This document shows, piece after piece, positions 40,106-52,230 of a DNA stretch of 64,000 bases (position 1 is its first letter; the number at the start of each line of letters is the position of its first letter). The stretch lies in assembly GCA_964106915.2 (NCBI GenBank), contig OZ066915.1; one strand, written 5' to 3'. The DNA comes from Podarcis gaigeae (lineage: Eukaryota). The notes under the pieces were generated by a model, which had not been told where the DNA came from, ran no database searches, and was given only the letters and a program-made list of their open reading frames with translations. The position numbers were made by a program, and so were the translations under genes.

Positions 40106-43100
40106 GTAAGTTACCAAGACTGCCTTTGCAACTCTGTATTGTTTCTCCCCCCCAACCCTTTCTTCATAACAATGCCACATACAAAAAGACCTGTACCATT
40201 TAAAAGCATCTGATCCTAGGCTCAGGTAGTAAAAAATAAAGTATATGGGGCTTTGTTCTGGGCATCACTGTTCAAAAACGAGGGAAATGATTTAAGACAG
40301 CCACAAGGGTAAGACTATCACCCTAGTTTCTCCCTCTGCACTTGCTTTTTATGGGCAGGTATCAAGGTGGATGCTACTTCCTCGGCTATGTCTCATTCAG
40401 CTGTACTCTCCACACCCAGTTCCAGGTGCAACAGGTTTGTTGTGTTTCCCAGGGGGTCCAGAGGAGGGGAAAGTGTCCCCCTCCTTTCACAGCTCTTTCT
40501 TCACCCTCTGTCCTCTCCTCCTTCTTCAGCTGCTTGAAGGACCTTGGTATGTTTAGCTATCGAACAAGATCGGAGAAAAGGCTTGGAGGTGTGGAAAAAA
40601 GGTTAACAGGCTTCATTTTGGGAGCAAGAGAACAAATAATTGTTCATTCTGTTCACTTCTGTGAATAGTCTCTGATAGTATAAAAAGTAATGGTTTAAAA
40701 GTATTTTGGCTAATCTTCAGGAAGACCTGCCGGGCTGAAATTCCACAGTGTAAGAAACTGTCTTGGAAACTTGGTGGAATTTTCTCCCTTTTGAAGTTGT
40801 AAAAGGCTGGACAGGCATTTAGTGGAACAAAAGAAGACAGACCTTAATCTACTCTCCATGTTAATCAAGCATCTTGCCCCTTTATGGAAGCAAGTCCCAT
40901 TGCTTTCCAATGCACTACTAAGTGTGCTTAGAATAGCATCATAAAACGTCCTTAAAACTGATACAGAGAACAGATTAGCAAGTCACGTGCCATTGTTTCT
41001 CATGACTTGCATGAGCTGGAACAAACTTGGGCAAGCCTTGGGCTCACACGTCACATAACCTTACTCCTAGCACCAACTCTTTTTACTTGCTACATGGTTG
41101 AGAGGAGAGCTTTCAGCAGTGTGGCTTTAATTTCAGTTAATCTTGGTGCGCTGTTGTCTGTGAACCAAGAGTCATGGTTTATAACAAACTCTGGTTAGTT
41201 TAGCAAGACAGCTTCACAATTCATGGTTTGAAGTTAGCTTGCTTTGAAACTGAACAGAGTTTGTTATGAACCAGAATCCCTTGTTCACATGCAATAATGA
41301 GCCAAAATTCATTGGAAATGAAAGTAAAGTGGAACCTTGGTTCTTGAACCGTTTAGTTGATGAAGAAATCAGCTCCTGAACACTGAAAACCCCACATTCC
41401 GGTTTTCGAATGTTTTTTGGAAGCCGAATGTCTGATGTGGCTGTCAGCTATTGTTTCTGGGGTGCCTGCATCAATTGGAAGCTGCTCCTTGGTTTTCAAA
41501 TGTTTCGGGAGTTGAACAGACTTCCAAAATGAATTAAGTTTGAGAACCAAGGTTCCACTGCTGCCAGGGGCCTCCTGCTCTCTACATGTAAGGAGAAGGG
41601 GGAGAGTGTATGAGCCCAAGGCTCATTCTAGCTGTAAACTATGGTTTGTCATAGCAGTGACATACTTGCAGTCCCTGGTCCAGATATGGCCCCTAAGGCC
41701 TCCCAAGACATTTTGCTTTCAGTGGTGGTGACAAAAATTAATGAGAGCAATACAGGGCATGTAACTGTCAGTGGCTGGGCTTTGTAGGGGTTACAAAGGG
41801 CCCTACAGTTTTCTGGGGTCTCTGCATTGAGCTGCTGCTGCTTTCTGCTGCAACTAATGCTTCTGGAGCGCTTGGAGATTTCTGTAAGTGCTTGGATGAT
41901 ATCACTGCTGTGAGCATCACTGAGGACAGTGTTATGCAGAGGTTCTCAATGGTGCATTAGTGAAGAAGGTGCTGTTTTCCTCCTCATGACTCTCAGCCCA
42001 GGACCATGATGGGGAGGAAATTTGAACAATGGTCACCAGTGAGAGGGAGAGCTGCAACACAGTGAAGTGAGGGAGGTGTTGTCACCTCATGGAGAGGCTT
42101 TTAAGCTTCAAACCCAAAGGCTGATGTCCAGAGAAAGAGGAGAATTTCAGTTCAGAGGTAGTAGAACAGGGCCCCTACAGATGGTGCTTTATAAAAGGAA
42201 TTGTAGACTATCAAATGTACTGAAGTGGTTGCCATTCCACCCTTCTCCTTATGCCCCAGGCAGGGGGAGCAATGGCAATTAATTGATTAATGTTATACGT
42301 GGTGCTGTGGGGGAGAATAATAATTGCTACAGACCATTAAAGTCAAGCAGTATTAGTTTTTGGTGACTGTAACAAACCATACCAGGGCAATGAATTAATT
42401 TCAGTTAATTTTTTAAACATTAATTCCAGTTAATCATATGCATTAATAAGATTTTCAAGCTGGCCTCAGTCATGTGCACTTTACACTTCAGCCACACCAA
42501 CTTGGGCAAGTGGTCCCCAGAAGGTTTGCAGTGGGACGGCGAGGGCCGTGGACTGGCAACGTTAGCCAGGCTGTTCAGAAGATAGGGGCCTGGCTTGTGA
42601 GACCTTTGTGTGGCGGGATGCTCTGGAAACTTCAGTGGAGAGAAATCTTTCCTCACCAAGAGGATTTTGCTTCTTCACCCTTTTTTGATTTACCCTGGTT
42701 GCACAGTCAGTCTGCAAGCCATTAAGAGAGAAGCCTGCGGGCCAGAATGTCTGTTTCAGATAGGTCACTGTTGCACTCACTGGGGTCCTTCCTTCCTCTT
42801 CCTGTCTTATCTTTATTAGTCATTTCAGCCCTCAGGCACATCTTTAACTCCTTCTCTGCTGCATTGATTGAGTGTTCCTCCAGTAAATCCGAGTTAAGAT
42901 TGCGACAGATTTTTCAATTGTCTTCTAAGCTACCTTGCAGGTGAGACACATGGAGATTTCCACAGTATATATGGTGAATCCTCCAGTGTCCTTAAGGATG
43001 ACTTTAATATAAGAGCTGAGGAAACCACCCATTTCCTACAATGCATACTTTATTTCATTTCTGATTTGGTTCATGTGATGTGGAGTTTGAATTGTCAAGG

Positions 43101-43905
43101 AGAATCAGTGTTTCCAAGTGACAGATCACCTGCCCTGCAGAAATGAGCATTTGTATCCTGAGTGTCAATTCTTAGAGGCAAGGACAGAGTTTCACTTTTA
43201 GATTGCAAAGGAGCAAGGAGTGCTAAAATAATACAGTGCACTGGCTAATGAACTCAGGACAACAGAACAATCTCACTGTGTGCCTTTTTGTTGCAATGAG
43301 GGTTTTTTTTAGATAATGTAATGTAATGTAATACATCCTCCCAATAAAGTAACCAGTTACTGGCTTTTCTTGCATTTGCTCTGGAGGATTACACATTTTG
43401 GAGATTCCTTGTATAGCAGCAATTCTTGTTATTCCACAGTGGCTAGTTGTCTGTCTAGGTATTATGAGCTGGGTGAGTAGTGAAGGCAGGGGCTGTCAAC
43501 TCTGTACAGTGTGACATCCCATGTTGAAAGAAAATAACTCCCCAGGAATGAGGTATAATTTGAGGTAGAGTAGCTCCAGAGTCTGTTTTCAATTCCAGTG
43601 TTTAGTTCTTGGAAAAAATGAAGTTAGAAAGAGAAGTAAAAAAGAGAGTTGTTTCTAACATGTACAGAGTTCCTTTCTGTCACCACTTGCTGACCACAGC
43701 CAGCCTCCTATGTTTAGGATTAGGGTGACACTTACAAGTATTCTGAGGCAGACTTAAACCCCAGTTTGCAATTATTTTGGAAATTAAAGACATTCTGTGA
43801 ACACCTATTGAATGTTTCAGTTAAATTCTACTGCCTGTCCAAAACAGTTCCATCCATCCTTCTACTTGGTTGATTTTCTCAGGGGCTTTTGCCTTTTTGG
43901 GAAGG

Positions 43906-43906
<1 letters not shown>

Positions 43907-43943
<37 letters not shown>

Positions 43944-43945
43944 CC
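43907..43945. repeat. (CAT)n microsatellite
   Basis: Direct reading. Confidence 0.95.
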
Positions 43946-45589
43946 ATTATTATGAGCATTTAAATTAAATGAAGTTGTAGAGGGCTCTCTAAAATATAGT
44001 TGAATGCATATAGAGAACTTTGGTGCATTTGGAGTCAAAGGTGATCTGGTAGAGAGCTGTGATCAACTTATCAGGGCTTAATTTTTAATCATATTGCTGC
44101 TGGAGATAAAGTCTTCCTAGAAGGCCTCTTTCCCCTCTGATTCTAGATATGTGGGCACTGGGGTTAATAACTGAACAATGAGTGAAATGTATGTTTTCAT
44201 ACATTTCATACAATGAGTGAAATGTGAAGAGCATAGATTCATGTAAGAAATTATGTTCTCCACATGTTCTAGTGATGAATCATGGCACTGAGAACATACC
44301 TGAGAGTTAAGCCTTAGCCAAACCTGGCTCAAGGCAAGTGCCATGTTATAGTTGTTTCATTAAAGGGTAACATGGTACTTGATCATAACAGGCATTTGTA
44401 GCTAATTTAGATATGTTACTATTCTGATTGTGAGATCTGCTTTCAAATTGGAGGCTAAATCTAAAATGGTGGTTGATGAGAGATGTTGAAACATGAAACA
44501 CTCTGTCTAGAGAAAGTAGTTCATAGCTACCTGTGATGCTCAGAACTGTTTCACTTAGAGGTTAGGGTGTGTTAAATATATGACCCCAACCAAGATGTAC
44601 AAAGGGGGAACTATGGACAAAGAGAGGATGCAGGATGGATTTGCAGAGCCTTGATGTCAACAACTGCAGCTGCAGTTAGGTGACCTTTCAGACACCTTCT
44701 TTTGGTGGTTCCAAAGGCTAGTATGTGATGTCTCTGATAAACGACAGGGCTATTTTTGTGGTTTCTGCCTTGTAAATTATCACCTTCCTCCATAAGTTAG
44801 GCAGCATGCACTGTTTCAAACAGTTTCCTGCCTTTTGTGGGGTGGGATGAGGGGACAAAAACCACCCCCTGAGTCTCAATGAACCAAGGGCAAACTGAGA
44901 ACACGTAGCTATGTTGCCATCCGGCAAGGGGTATTTGGAAAAAACTGAAATTCATATCTAACTCCTATTGTGAAAATGAGTGTGCCCTTGGCAGGCTCAG
45001 ATGACCATAAAATCCACCTCTGCCTCCACAGAAAGCACTATGGACAGACCATAAACAGTGGCACAATATCTTAAGAGGCATTTTGCTATTCAGCCCTGTC
45101 AGCAGAATGCAAAAGGACTTGTGTTCTTCAAAAGGACTTGGTGGGTCACAAAGGACTCCTGTGTCTAATCCCTAGAGAGCTCACACCACTTTGTGGCTCT
45201 TGCCCTTTAAGATGCCAGCAGACCTCACTGCCGTTGTTCTGTTTCTTTTTTGCCGCAACAGAAAAATAAGGAAGCTCTTCTAGATTGTGTGTGTCAGAAT
45301 ACAGATTGAAACCATTTGGAAGCAATTGCCCTCCACTCTGGTGGAGGGAACCATTATAAGTCAGGAGTGGGGGAACCGTTTTCAGCCCAAGGGCCACCTT
45401 TGCTTCTGGGAAACCTTTTGAGGGCCACATTCCAGTGGTAGAGGCAAAAGTAGGTGGAACATTTGATGCAGATGTTACCTTTGTGTAGTAGGCTAGTACC
45501 TACACACACTTACACACACCTCTCTATCCATACAAGCAACAGGAACAACCAGAATTCAGAAACATCCTAGCCCGACAAAAACACATTTT

Positions 45590-45590
<1 letters not shown>

Positions 45591-45634
<44 letters not shown>
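45591..45634. repeat. (GT)n(GA)n compound microsatellite inside a degenerate hAT-like element (~45362-45700)
   Basis: Direct reading; left end CAGGAGTGGGGGAACC..CAGCCCAAGGGCCAC at ~45362. Confidence 0.8.
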
Positions 45635-48600
45635 AGCAGGACCATTGAGAGACTTCCAAGGACCATGTTTAACCCACAGGTTGAAGGTTTATAACCCACA
45701 GTGTATAAAGTGAGGTTTTTTTTTAAAATGGATCTTGTTGATCCCACTAAGCGACAAAGAAATCTTGGTGACACAGTTGGCAATTCAAGGAAAGGAAACA
45801 CCTCTTCTCTTCCCAGTAAGCAAAACTTCACAATTCAGAGATGGGAAACCCATGGCCCTCCAGATATGGCTGGACTCCCAACCCCCATCAACTGCAGCCA
45901 ACATGGCCAGGGATGATGGCAGCTTGTAATCAAACCACGTATGGAAGGCCACAGTTTCTCCACAGTGGATCTAACATCTTGACCAGAATGAAATGGATGC
46001 TAGATTCATGCTAGTAACTTTGCACGTTTCACTGGCTGCCTAAACGTACCCCCTTTCCCTTTTCTCTGGGCTTACAGAATACATTATGCTAGCACAACTG
46101 CCTTTCCCTCATTTGTAAGCATTTCCCAGCTGTCCTGTTGTATTTAAAGGAGATGGGGGGGCGGGGAGGTTATGACCCCTAAAGATATCTTAAAACAGTA
46201 CTCTTATGAAGGCCAAATGCCCATTAGTAGCTGTAGAAATGAATGCTCCTTAATAATTTGGCTATAGACATTTCAACAGAGTCTTCAGTGCCTAATATTT
46301 CTATTTAAAAATAAAACTACTTTTTGTTATAGTTTTAAACCTTAACTCTTATTCTTTATAAGCTGAGCACCTTCAAGGATAAGCTAAAACATTTAAGCTC
46401 TTTTGGGTCCATAAATGCCAGTTCCCACCTTTTCATAGGTACTCGTCTTTCCTTTCTCTGAGAAGCTTGAGTCTGGTCTCCTCAACACTTAGCCACAGAC
46501 CCTTCTTGGAGTGCCAGCAGTCATAAAAAGAGCACCTCTGAAAACATGCAGAACTCTTTCCCCCTCACTGCAGCAGAACCTCACAGTTCTGCCAGTGAGG
46601 TTTGAGTCCTTCTATGTCATTTTTTAAAAAGGTGCGTATATCAGCAGCTACATCTCTCATCTTTCTCCTCAGACCTCCTCCTTCAGTCTGCCCTAAACTC
46701 CTATGCACCTTTTAATCTCATTTTAAACCTTTCCAGCCATTCTGCATTCTCATGACTAACACATATTCCCCTCTGGCTTTGAGTAAGAAGCAGTCATGTC
46801 CTTTGGGCTCTGCCTCATATTAGCTCCTAGCACTTGTTTGTTTTGGGTCCTCTGCTTTCATGGATTACTCTGGACAAGGCATTTTGTGCTGTGCTGCGCT
46901 ACAGCCAGCTTGACAGCTCCCGTGTTGCATTAGATGAATCCCGCTCTAATCTTTTGCTGTGAGTGCTGGCATAGCGGAGGTGCCCTGAGCTGTATTTTTC
47001 GCTTCCTTCTCTCCCTGTGTCATTTCCCACTGTGACTCCTGTCTCGCAGCCCCTCCAGGCTGATGAGTGTCGGGCTCCACATCGAAGAGGTCGAGCTTCC
47101 AGCAACAAACAATTAATTCCCCTCCACCCCACCCTTTATCATCTCTGGGAGTTTGGGCCCTCCAGGAAAAGGAACCATGGGAGATTGGCAGTTACTCATC
47201 CAGCACCCAGTCACCAGCAGCACAGTTTCTTTTGCAAGGGCTGCTTACGTGGGAGGAAAGAGGGATTTATCTTATTTATGACGGGCCAAACTCTGTCAAC
47301 TGTTATTAAAGGCAGAAGCTGTTGCTGGTGAGCCTGATCCTATTGACCTGGGAAGAAATGGATGAGCAAGACAAGTGGGGCATCCCCTTGCACCCCCAAG
47401 AGCTGAAGGAGTAAGCTTGAGGAATAAGCAGACACTCATCAGTATGGAGACTCCAATGTCTGTAAACTGTGAGACCAAAAGGCTGTGAAACAAAAGGGAG
47501 CGGTAGACTTTGAAAAGCCCTTAGCCTTGAATGGCATTTTAAAAAAAAGAAAATGCCATTAAGCATTTATGTTTCTTTTACTCTGCCCATGTTGATGAGC
47601 GTTCATATTTATTGGCTGCTAGATGCGGAGTACCTGAAACAGGAAGGGGAGTCACAGCTAGCAGGAGTGGCATAGTGTCACATTTTTAAAGCAGTTTGTA
47701 AGAGCTGTTGGGGGCATCCTTCCCCTAAAAAAGAAAAGAAAAGGCCAAATCCTTGCTCCTGTACCTTCAGGGAATGGGGAAAGGGTAAACTCTAAATCCA
47801 CAGGGTACAGGCATACAAAAGAAGAAGTGTTGGGATATATAGATATATAGAGAGGTGAATGGTATAGTGGCATGCAAAAACAAGCAGGTGTAACCTAGCT
47901 TGGAAGAACATATATAGTGATTGAATTCTTTTTCTTCTAAGCTGGGGGGCAGCATGTATGGCCCAAGTCTTTCAGGAAGACTCAACACAGGGAAGAAATA
48001 GCAAGCAAGCAACCTTGGCAGATGTAATTCTAAACCTTATGTGGCTGAAGCAGTGATCAGTGCATGACTGTGGCTGTATGCACATTCCCATTTACTCCTC
48101 ATCCAGTGTGCTCCCACTGCTGGTTGGGGAAGCAGTGTTCACACACATCTATCCTGCGTCTGTCCTGTTTTTTCTTGAAAAATACTGCATTTTGATGTGT
48201 CTCCCCCTAAAACAACTCTGATCCAAATTGAGAAAAAGCACAACCTAGCTGCATTTTAAGCTGTGAACACCTTACGTCTACTCATGCTCAGTTGAACTTG
48301 CCCAATGGGCAGCGGGGTGTCTTTAACAGAAGTGTGATATGCAGCAATCAGCAGCTGAAGATTTTCATCCAATTGTGTTAAATTTTTAATCTCCTCAGCC
48401 AGTTGCATGATGTTTGGAGAAGCCTCCTCCGAACCTGCTTCCTTCCTCTTTGGATACTGCCTCTGCGGTTCTTGGTTCTGGAGGGAAGCAGAACAGACAA
48501 AATGCCATTGGACTCGCTGTTCTTATTGGCCCACTGCTCTGGGTGGAACAAACAGGCCTTGGCTTTTACTCAGCTTGTTTTCATGTGGCCTCCAAAGAGA

Positions 48601-51600
48601 AGTGGTTAAAGAGGGACCTCTGAATGTGGTGAGGATGCCAACACACTCCTCTTTTCAGTGCCTCTTGCTTTCGTTTTGGGATGGGCTGGGGCCAGAGATG
48701 CATCCTACCCTTTGCATCCTACTATTCGTTTATGCATGTTAGATTAATCCTTGGAGCTATTTTAGGCAAGCCTTGGTCTGGCTAAATTGCAAGTTTGTCT
48801 GTGTCTTGTGGGTTTTGGCCAGAGAGGTGTAATGGAAAAATCCTTTAGTGCAGCGCCCACACAGGCTCTTAACCCTTTTTTTAATAGTTTCTCATTCATT
48901 GTCTCTTAAATTTCTGCTGAGAACAAAAACGGATAGCAAGCAGCAGTATGTGGAAGGTTTTTCTTGCTGCCTGTGGGAAAGTTAAAACATGCTCATGTGA
49001 AGTCATCCAGGAACATTCTTCTTCATTTCCTAATTCCACAGATTCTTCATTTTTTAAAAATAATTGCTGTTCAGTACTGAATTTCCCGAATTTCAATTTT
49101 TTAAGAAATTAAAGACTTTTGCATGACAACGGAATGTGATTGGCTATTATAGCAAAATGATCTCCTAATTAAAAGCATGATTTGAGGAGGTTGAAGGCAG
49201 GGTGGGAGAGTGTTTGATGTTGAATAGATGAGCATGTGCTTTGAAGGCAGATGCTTACTGTGGAGAATTTCAGCACTAAGTCTGTTCATCTCTCCTTTAC
49301 TCTGGTTCCCCCCATAGGTGAGCAGTGGAGAGCACAATCCTATGCATGTATGTAAGGCAAGCCTCTTATTGGTTCACTGGGGCTGACTCCCTTGTAAATT
49401 TACATAAGATTGCAGTCTGAAGGTTCCTATCATTCAATCACAATTTTGGAATAGTGGATTTCATGCGTTGTTCTTAACTAACATTTACTCAAAATAGGCC
49501 CATTAATAGCCATTACTAACATAGGTCTGTTAGGTCTACTCTGAGTAAATATTAGTATTCAGAAGCCTATTATGCAAGTTAACTAAGCTCATTCGCATGT
49601 TTTCACTTACAGAAATTTTGGCAAGGCTTTTGATTGTGGACAAGAAATGTAAGAGTTGTTTGGCATTATTTAGCAATAAGGTAAAGACAGGGGATGCTGA
49701 GCATGGGTAGAGAACTCCGATTCCTAAGGATCCCCTAAAAGGACACCACACTTTTCACTTTTTAAAAATGTTCTTCTCTTGCAAACTCCTGTTCACTCAC
49801 AGCTCTGTTAACCACAGACCCCAAAAGTTGTGCTTTAGTTTTTTGCACAGAGCAGAGCCCTCCCATCTTCTCAGCTGTTTCACGCAGGTGCAATTTTGCT
49901 AAATCAGGGATGTCCTTTAAAATGAGGGACATCCGAGAAGAGACCCCAGCAGATGTGATGTAGAGGCTTTCCTATTTATCTCTGAAATAATATGGGCTGA
50001 CAGCTTGCTTTTCAAACTGGAGACTGGCATCCTGTGCGCTCAAAATTAGTTCAAAATTCCGTTGCTTGCAGTATCCATGAACGTACATGCTGAAAATATG
50101 CAGACCTGGCTGAGGAGATGACAGACATGTGGAGTATGGGTAAGGGAGCGTTCTCATTAGTCCTTGGAATTGGCTGCTCCGGAAGAGGGAACAGCTGGGA
50201 AAGGCCTGGCCAGTGTCAGAGCCATTTCTGCTGTGTAGCTCCCAGCCCAGCATCACGAGTGCGGAGCCATGAGACTCTTTAGGAAAGCCTCCTTAGCACC
50301 AGGTGTTTCCTGTTTTTGAGCGGGGCAAAATTGTTGCTGGATGACACACGGCTCCCTGTAGACGCTAAACATGTGACGTAGCAGGATTGAGCAGGGTCTG
50401 TCTCAAAAAGCCAGTCAGCAAAATGTGTGCATGTTTTGGGAGAGAGGCTCTTAGCTCATGTACTCCATTTGCCGTGCACCCACGTTTTGTATCCATATGC
50501 TGGGTGTGTCCTTTTAGGCACTCTGTGTTTTGGGCTATGGTATTTAGGCATGTGCACCTAATCTGTTTGCCCAAGATGCCCCAGAATTAAAAGGAAAATC
50601 CCAGAATTAGTGGATTTGATTCCCAAGGAGAACAAAGAGCTATGTGGGTGTTATTTCCTGTATGTCAGTGAAATCATGGAATCTTGGGAGAGAAGTTAGT
50701 GCAACTCACCTTCTTAGAACCTCAAAAACTCAAGAGAACTTGAAACCCCAGGGTGTGGGTATGTATCTCCTGTACTGCTTTGACTTTGTGGTTTAATCCA
50801 GCGAGCAAAGCAAGTATTGTTCAAGGGTTAATGAGCTCCCATAAAGAACTTTGAGGTGTCCTGTTTTTGTGTAGTTGGAAACTGTTCCTGGAATAGACAC
50901 ACCCACTTCTGCTGTTCCTGCCTCTATTACAAGTTTGCTTACTGGAATTGGTGCTGGTGAGTTGGGCTGGGGGAAAGAGCTGGTCCGCCCCCTGTTGGAG
51001 TCTATGGTGAATGTGTTTGCAGGCTCCTGAGCAAAGTTTCTGATCCTACCACTGTTTGCTTCAAAACATGTTATTCTCCACCTTTCCCTGTTATTTAAAG
51101 CAGAGTTGCCTCTCCTCCCCAGGCCCAGTTTGACTCGCCTGGGGATTGCATCAGGCTATTGTTGCCAAAGTGGTACCCTCCTGGGATGCAGGGCTGTTTT
51201 CTTGCCTGATCCTTTTTATTTTTATTCTCTCCCTGTGCTCTGCAACCTGGCTTTGGGGAGGTCAGGGTTGTCCTCTTGAGAGCAGCAAGGGATGCTGTAC
51301 AGAGTTTTATGTGTCTGCTTTGCTAGGGTGCTGAACAGCCACTCAGTGAAGGAGACTGCAAAGGTTATGCCATGACTCAGGTGCTAGCTGAGCTCTTGGC
51401 TGGGTCAGCAAATAAACCCAGCCTCTGTCAGGTGCAGCTGCAACCTTTCCATCATGCATGCCCCTTTGCCTCCAGAGATGGGGCTGATGCAGCGATTGGT
51501 TGCCAGTGATTAGTGGGGACCTTGCAGATAAAGGAGCATGGGAGATACTAGTGAGTACGGTTAGCAGGGCTGGATGCTGCTCTGAGAAATTCATCATGAT

Positions 51601-52139
51601 TGATTATTGGCTTCATTGAAATCCTAGAGGTGATTTCTTTACACTAGGATAGGGCGAGTTTTCTAGGTCAGGCATGCTGAGAGAGCTGCAGTCAGAGCTA
51701 ACATTTGGTTTGCAAGGCTTCATGTGCCAGCTTGGTGCTCTGCAGCTTGGGCTTGTTTACTTATTTATTATTTCAGTTTGTGTCCCTCCCCCCTTCGTCA
51801 AGTGCTGATGTCAGGGCAGGTCACAGAATAAAGTAAGGATATCCATTAATTTCACAAAACAGTAAAATCGCATAAAACAGGGATAGCATCAAATGAAAGC
51901 ATCTTGCAACAATGCAGAAAGCAACCCCTTTACAGCTGGCAAATTGATTCTATCCCCAACAAAGGCTTGAGTGAACATAGACTTTTTTTACCTGGTGCTG
52001 AAAAATAAGCAACACTGATGCCAATCACACCACAAGGGGAAGGGAATTTCACTGCTGAAGTGCTACCATCTCACCTGACAAAACACACTTTCCCCTCTAT
52101 CTGGAATGGCATGAGGACTTAAAATGGGGATAAAGGTAA

Positions 52140-52186
52140 TAGTAGTGGTGGTGGTAGAAGTAGTAGTAGTAGTAGAAGTAGTAGTA

Positions 52187-52230
<44 letters not shown>
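52140..52230. repeat. (GTA)n/(AAT)n compound microsatellite, probably the tail of the adjacent L2-like element
   Basis: Direct reading. Confidence 0.9.

Noticed and set aside
21530-41300. Similar AAACCATGGTTT-type palindromic segments at ~21530-21680 and ~41170-41300 as a local duplication
   Set aside because: Too diverged; they look like independent copies of a dispersed fold-back repeat.
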